A stretch of DNA of 64,000 bases, from positions 43,710,001-43,774,000 of the forward strand of contig NC_083232.1 in the NCBI RefSeq assembly GCF_032191835.1. The letters are read 5' to 3'. Below the pieces are notes generated by a model. It did no database searches. It saw only the letters and a list, made by a program, of their open reading frames with translations, and was not told the origin of the DNA. Each line of letters begins with the position of its first letter. The first letter of the stretch is position 1. Source of the stretch: Heteronotia binoei (taxonomy: Eukaryota). The position numbers were made by a program, and so were the translations under genes. Shown here piece after piece: positions 57,131 to 64,000 of this stretch.

Positions 57131-60100
57131 ACTCCACTCTCAAAGATATAAGGACAAATCCAAGTGTTCTGATTGCTAATCAGGATTTTTTTAAAAAGAA
57201 AATAAATCCAGATAGGAACATAGAAATCCATTTTTTTAAAAACAACATTTCAGAATAATCCAAAATAATTTCCCTAATATACATTATGCTTGTCAGAAAA
57301 ATCCATCCAACCAACCACTCTCTCAACCTCCCTCCCTCTGTCCAAAGAAATGTGCTTGTACATAAAAGCTTATAGCTGGAATAAAAAGTTGTTGGTCTTG
57401 AAGCTGACATCATGGGACTCCAGCTTCGGTTTTTCCTCTCTCACTTTCCTCCCCAAAAGAGGAGGAGCAGCCCCAGAGAAGGAAAAGGCTTGTTTTTGTA
57501 TCTCTCCCGAATGAAGCAGGAAGCAGCTATGGAGCTTTCTTACTGCATGGGCCAGATCCGTTCTGCATGTCACACTTTTGAGGCTCCTGCTCTAACCCCT
57601 TTTTAATAATAATAAAGATAGAAACATGCGCTCTCTCTCCCTCTCCCTCTGATTATTGAACACATATAAAGCCACCTTGCACTGAGTCAAACCAATGGGC
57701 TATCATAGTATCAGGGCTTTTTTAGTATAAAAAGCCCAGCAGGAACTTATTTATATATTAGGACATACCCCCTGACATCACCATTGTTTCACAAAGGACT
57801 TTTTTGTAGAAAAAGCCCAGGAGGAACTCTTTTTTATATTAGTCCACACCCCCTGACACCAAGCCAGCCGAAACTGCATTCCTGTACATTCCTGCTCAAA
57901 AAAAGCCCTGGCCAGTATTTGACTTGCAGTTGCTCTACAGTGTCTCAAGTGGGGATGTTTCACGTCACCTACTACCTGATCCTTATAGTGATTGAATCTG
58001 GTACCTCCTGCTTGCAGAGCAGATAGACCACTGAGCTAGGACTCTGTCCCATAACTTTATAATGTAATTGTGTTATACCCAACTAGCAAGTGCCATTTGT
58101 TGTTGTTTTTTAAAGTACCCCAGTGTTATCCAGTATAGGTAAGAAAAACGGTGTAGATGCAGGCAAAAAATGCATGTCTTCTCATGGCATGCAAAGGTTT
58201 TATGGATTATGTCATGTAGATGACATTGAATAGAACAGAATAGAAAGTGTTGTGGTTTGAATGCCAGAGAGGAGCAAAGCCTCCGTCTGGAAGCAACCAA
58301 AGCTGGTGAATGAAGGATTTAGTGCTGGCGGAAGCTGTAGCTAGGATGAGAAACAATTTAAATGAAACACTTTCCAATAAATGCTCAGAGAAGAAATTAC
58401 ATCACCCCAGTTACTGAGCATAGTGTGTGCTTTTCTGATGTTGAAAGGAGCTTTCACTTAAAAAGTACAAGAACATTACATTATTTAATCAGCATTAATG
58501 AATACGTTTATCATCCTACTCTCCCATTATTATTTTTGTAATTCTGTCATAAGATTAGGAAATAGTATTTACCTTGGTAACATGTTTCTGTAGGATGGAA
58601 TTCTGAACTCAGCAGCATTTGTTATATTGAAAGGAAACAGCTACATATTTTCTTGCTCTTTGTATAAACATCAACATCGCTTAGAGCCCTGCTGCCTGGG
58701 AATGTCTCATCATAATAGCACATACAATATTGCTACCTACGATCAGGCAAATTGAATGGATTTTCATATTATTCAGCTCCTGGAAGACTTTGATCCAATT
58801 CCTGTATAATTGAAAGAACTCACATTGCATGAATCCAGTGGGACAAATGATGCGCCCCCTTAAAGAGCACATTGCATGCCACATCACACATGGCTTTTGA
58901 AATCCTTCAGATCAAGTGTGCCATATGGCATGAAGGGCTGTTGTCCAAAAGGCTGCTAGAATGCTGTGAGTTGAAACAAAAGACTTGTAAGGAGGCTTGT
59001 CAAGAAGCTCCAGTCTAGGGGTTCTTGACATCAGTTGGGAGAGCACAAAATTACAAAGCCCTGGGGTGTGTGTCCACGCACTCACCAATTCTGGTATCTA
59101 CTACCAGCCCCTTGTACCATCCACAGTCAGAATCTAAGGGACAAGCTTGCAGTCCTGCTGAAATTAATCCAGAAATTAATCCAGAAAGTCAGCTCTGCAA
59201 GATAGGTCACTTGCAGAATGAATTTCCACAATTAACCTTAAGGACTGATGTACAAGATTGGAATTGAAGCACTTGAAGTATCAGACACATCAAATATGAT
59301 CAAAAGATATTTATTAAAGTGTGTAAGAATACTTCAAAAAAACATAGCAGTAAGGACTAAAACAAAGAAGCTACATTTAAAAGGCCATCTTCACAGTAAG
59401 ACATTAATTCAAAGTTACCAGATGTTACCTTCAGGGCTGAAGTCAGGCAGCATTCCATACCTCTCTGTTTAGAGAGCAGCTTGCTCCCTTCCAAGCTAGC
59501 TCACCACATCATGATAATTGGGGCTAGTTAAAAAAAACAAACCCAGAGTGGGCTTGGCCCCTGTCCAGTCAAAAATCAGACCGTTGATTATGTTAACAAG
59601 AACCTGTTATCTGCAATCTAACCCATCCTTTGTATAGTGTAAATCCCAGCACCAACTGAAGGATGCATTGGCACCAAGTCTTGTCCTGGTAAACAAATGG
59701 TTTGTCTCTGTACTTGAGTTGTTGTCCAAAAGTCAAGGTTGATTTGCCAACCCTTCCATATCAACAGCCTGTTATTTTCCCATTTGGTCACCCATTTGCA
59801 GGTCTGATGTTTGATTTGAGGCCTGGGTTTGCTGTTTAATGAAAGAACAAGGAATTGGGCTAAAGGTCCAATTTCTTGACAAGGTGAGAGCTACCATAAC
59901 TGTTGGTGCTCAGGCACAGAAAGTAATAAGGGCACGTAACATTGACACCTGTGACAGTTTAGGCATATGGAGCTTCTGGAGTGGCTGGGTTTAATGTAAC
60001 AATTGGAAATCGTCCTTTCTACCCTTATTTGGAAATGGGAGCAATAGAGAGTCAGCATTATATAGTGGTCAGACCAGGGCTTTTTTTGAGTAGGAAAGCA

Positions 60101-62405
60101 GTTCCGGCTGGCTTGGCATCAGGGGTGTGTGGCCTGATATGCAAATAAGTTCCTGCTGGGCTTTTTCTACCCCAAAAGCCCTTGGTCAAACTATATAACT
60201 AGGATCTGGGAAACTAAAGTGCAAATCCTCACTCTGCCATGGGAGTTTGCTGAGTAACCTGGGACTACTCTCTCTGATCCTAGCCTGTCATAATAATGAA
60301 ATGGAGGAGGGGAGAATATTGTAAACTGTTTTGATTTCCTTCTACTGGGGAAAAATGCAGGGTATAAATATCATCTGCTTGATCTTCTGAGGGCTCTATC
60401 TTCATCCAAAGCCATATTTCAAATATTTCTAATGAACTTTCTGCATTGAAAGTGCCCCTCGTGTATAGGGCTATAAATGCCAAAGCAGACATGTGAGAAG
60501 ATGATAATGTACCTGTGGTTGGTTGTATTTCATGTTTGGACTTAAGGTTTGAATTTTAATACAGATTTTATTATTGGTAGATTGTATTTTAACTTGGCTG
60601 ACTGAATGAATCTGGAAAAGAAGAATACTTTTAAATAAGCTACAATTGATCTTGGTTCTCTGAGTGGAATAGCAGCTCTGTCAGTCATTATTTATTATTC
60701 TGGGCCCTTTCACTTCTGGAATTTCTCTGCAAACATTTGTGACAGGAATTTACTCTTTTGTATTTATAAAGGTATCCTGAAAATCTAGGCTTAACTTGGT
60801 TTCCATGCAACCCTCTTTATTTTTAGTCACTAAGACTTTGAGAACACTTTCCTGGTAGTGAGACCCACTGAATAAAATGGGGCTTACTGCTGAGTAGACC
60901 TGCTTAGGCATGTTCCCTAAGTAACCAGGCAGGTAATAGCTTAACTAAAATTGGAGTTGATTGGAAAATCTGTGTATTTTTTCCCTCGCCAGAGAACTGT
61001 AGGTAGCATATTTGTAATGGCTATTATGGATATAATAATGTCAAAACTTTAATTGTGCCAGTGAAGGTCACAGAACAGATGCTTGAACTTCAGATAACCC
61101 TTTATGTTAAATTTTCTCTTGCCATGAAAAATACTTTTGTTGGCTTTTTTCTTAGTACTTTCCTTTAGGCAGCACAGGAAGTTCATTAGCTATTGAGTGA
61201 CATCTTTGTCATGTCTCTTATGTTCTTTTCATATGGTTGCCTTTGGCATCACAAAATGAGAGGCTGAACACATTATAACCAACCTTGACTGGTGCCTGTA
61301 TATTGCTAGGAATGCCAGAACCAGTATTGTGGACTTTTGTCAAATCAGAACTAGGGCAAGGCAGATATAATAGTTAATGGGAGCATTCATCTATAACCAA
61401 TGCTGGGCAATGGATGGTAGTCTGAAGTGGTCAAGTGGATAGGTTTGTGCTATACGATGAGCTTCCCTAAGTCAAAGTCAAAGGAAACAGTGTTTGAGAT
61501 TCCCCAGGAAGTAAAGAAGCAAGACTACGCACACTGGGATGTACTGAACCATGCAGTTTTGCTAATGGAACGGCCTTTCTGATTGGGGGTAGTGGTGGTG
61601 TCTATTTTTGTTGATTTCTCCTTCCACTGCAGAGCTCCACTTTGCTCCCCCCCATGGTGTACCTGATTGTCTGCTGTGTATCTGCTGTCCCCAGGAACAG
61701 AATTTCAGGGAATCAGTGGGGACTACAGCAAGAGGGGGAAGCTGTAAAGTTCCACTCTGTGAAATGGTTTGATACATGACAACATTTGGTGTGGCTTTGA
61801 GGCAAACTAAACACAACAGTATCCACAGATCTGACCCATGGACACTGCTGCCATTTTATAGCCCAGGAGGTGATTTAAAAGTACCATTGAGGGCCTGCAG
61901 CGTAGCAGGATGAGCTCTCTTGTTCCTCCTCTCTACTCCTTTTCAAGTGTGGAAACAGCTGTAAGTTAGGCAAGCTTTGGGACTTGAAAAGGAGAAAGGA
62001 GGGGATAAGACTGCAGCCCCAACCGGGATAGGGCCCTTGCAGCATTTTTTAATCACCTCATTAGGCTTTAAAATGGAACATGGATGCCATCAGGGCTTTT
62101 TTTTGAGCAGGAACACAATTTTGGCTGGCTTGGCCTCAGGGGGTGTGACCTGATATGCGAATGAGTTCCTACTGGGCTTTTTCCTACAAAAAAGCCCTGT
62201 GTGAAGCAATGGTGATGTCAGTGGGTGTGGCCTAATATGCAAATGAGTTCCTGCTGGGCGTTTTCTACAAAAAAGGCCTGGATGTCATCATGTCTAGTCT
62301 GTCCCTTAGATGTTCTTTCTTGGTAAAGAGAGTGCCTTAAAGGTGTGTGAACATTTGAAGCAGAAAGCTTATAAGTAGTCGAAGGTTATGAAAAAGCTGG
62401 TTGGA

Positions 62406-62911
62406 TAGGGTTGCCAAGTCCAATTCAAGAAATATCTAGGGACTTTGGGGGTGGAGCCAGGAGACATTAGGGGTGCAGCCAAGATCAAGGCTGTGACAAG
62501 CATAATTGAACTCCAAAGGGAGTTCTGGCCATCACTTTTCAAGGGACGGCACACCTTTCAATTCCTTCCTTGCATAGGAAATAATGAAGGATAGGGGCAC
62601 CTTCTTTTGGGGCTCACAGAATTGGACCCCCTGGTCCAAGCTTTTTGAAAGTTGGGGGGTATTTTCGGGAGAGGCACTAGATGCTATACTGAAAATTTGG
62701 TGCCTCTACCCCAAAAAACAGCCCTCCCAGAGCCCCAGATACCCACGGATCAATTCTCCATGATTTTCTATGGGAATAAATCTCCATAGGGAATAATAGA
62801 GTTTCCAGCAGACATTTTCCTCCCTCCCCCCGCTTTCTGACGACCCTGAAGCAGGGGAAGGGCAACCAAACCAGGGGATCCCCTGCCCCCACCTGGGGAT
62901 TGGCAACCTTA
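62406..62911. mobile_element. hAT-type MITE
   Basis: TIRs TAGGGTTGCCAA / TTGGCAACCTTA; perfect 8-bp TSD TGGTTGGA; inverted relative of 40293-40968. Confidence 0.85.
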
Positions 62912-63077
62912 TGGTTGGATCCTGGTTGTTTTTTCTGCTTTTCTTGTTACTTTTATTTTCTCTAATTAAAGTTCTGGCTTTAATTGTTTTGTCATGAGGA
63001 TATCTTTAATTATTTTCCCTATTGCTTTTTTCTTGCTGAAGTTACAGGTAAAGCCAGAACCCAGTGAATATCATAAC

Positions 63078-63764
63078 TAGGGATGGGCATGAACCAGGAA
63101 AATTGAGCTTCGTTTTGGTTCATGGGCCCCCACAAATCATGAACCTTCTCATTTACCAAACTAGTTCATTCTGTGTGATTCATGATGTGGTAGAACAGCC
63201 CCTTGCAGACTAGGGATGCCAAACTTGCAGCTACTCTGCAGCTGACGCTCATGTACCTGCCCTCCAAGTTTGGTGGGGGTATTGTGGGGTGAGTCATGGG
63301 CCCCCAAAGCAGTGGACCTCTCCAGAATGCCCTTCTACCTGCTCTCCAAGTTTAGTGAGGGGGGGTGGAGTAGCAGCTCCCCAAAGTAGGTGCCCCCCAG
63401 AAAGTGCTCTCTGGTGAAATGACAACTTCAGGTCCAAGAGGGTATAGAACAGAGCCCCTGGATGCCAGAGGCACCAAACCTGCAGCAGACCTCCCCAGAA
63501 TGTCCCTGTACTTGCCCCCTATAGAGCAGAGTATTGAGATTTGGAGGGCTACTATTGGAGTTTCCAGGGGTGCAGAAATCCATCCCCCCATTCTTTGACA
63601 ATTGTAATGTATCTGTGCCATACACCATCACAAACTGCCCGAACCTCTGAAAGCGACATGGAGAGTCATGGGAGGTTCAGTTTATGAACCTCAGCTCATG
63701 AACCACGAATCAGGTGATTTTTGTCACAAATTTAGGTTTATGAGCCAGTTTGTACCCATCTCTA
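63078..63764. mobile_element. hAT-type non-autonomous element
   Basis: TIRs TAGGGATGGGCA / TGTACCCATCTCTA; 8-bp TSD AT(C/T)ATAAC. Confidence 0.75.
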
Positions 63765-64000
63765 ATTATAACTCAAATGTACTGTATTTATTGGATTCCA
63801 AAAGGCGATTATGCATCTTATTGGTACAAAATCTCTGATTTCACTACCTTCTTTTGTCTTATACAAATGCTCAAGTGGTATTTCCAGGTATGAACAGCAC
63901 TTGAAGAATCCAAATATGCAAGAACACTTCTGTAATCAATATCTTGTATGCCAGGTCACCACTGAAAATAAATTTAGGGTTTGATTCACTGGCATAAATA

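Noticed and set aside
58590-58890. Exon-like stretch in the putative ACAD intron
   Set aside because: All frames are interrupted; one minus frame looks like a decayed LINE C-terminal cysteine motif, too weak to name.
59160-59186. GAAATTAATCCA tandem encoding EINP, tempting as ACAD exon 2
   Set aside because: No acceptor or matching flanking residues; just a 12-bp tandem duplication.
59560-60060. Trp-rich open stretch on the minus strand suggesting a retroviral remnant
   Set aside because: No LTR, PBS or recognisable gag/pol/env motif could be identified by eye.
1-64000. CRISPR arrays, prokaryotic operons or defence systems
   Set aside because: The sequence is intron-containing vertebrate DNA; repeats are transposons and segmental duplications, with no regularly spaced direct-repeat array.

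Overview
Vertebrate genomic DNA, by repeat content a squamate reptile and probably a gecko (inferred from Squam3-like, Sauria-like and 5S-derived SINEs plus CR1, L2, L1, Penelope and hAT elements). It comes from the TFPI2-GNG11 block. Left half (7-36 kb, minus strand): an intact five-exon TFPI2 (35646 to 29955), followed by two tandem paralogs (T2, exon 1 at 25.3 kb; T3, exon 1 at 12.2 kb). The paralogs have been rebuilt by internal duplication into signal peptide-KD1-KD2-KD1 arrays with no visible KD3 or basic tail. Their Kunitz exons carry different reactive-site residues (P1 = R, R, R, K, E, G). In hand counts these exons differ almost only at amino-acid-changing sites, and one exon pair is more diverged than the adjacent intron. 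This cluster is the main lead. Right half: a two-exon G-protein gamma gene (GNG11/GNGT1 type, plus strand) and a CpG island with a probable first exon of an acyl-CoA dehydrogenase whose remaining exons are not in the window. Also notable: a very young Penelope fold-back at 5.5-5.9 kb with a hammerhead-ribozyme motif on each strand and a loop copied from nearby sequence. All exon boundaries, counts and alignments were done by eye. No database search was possible, so family names are from recall and need confirmation.
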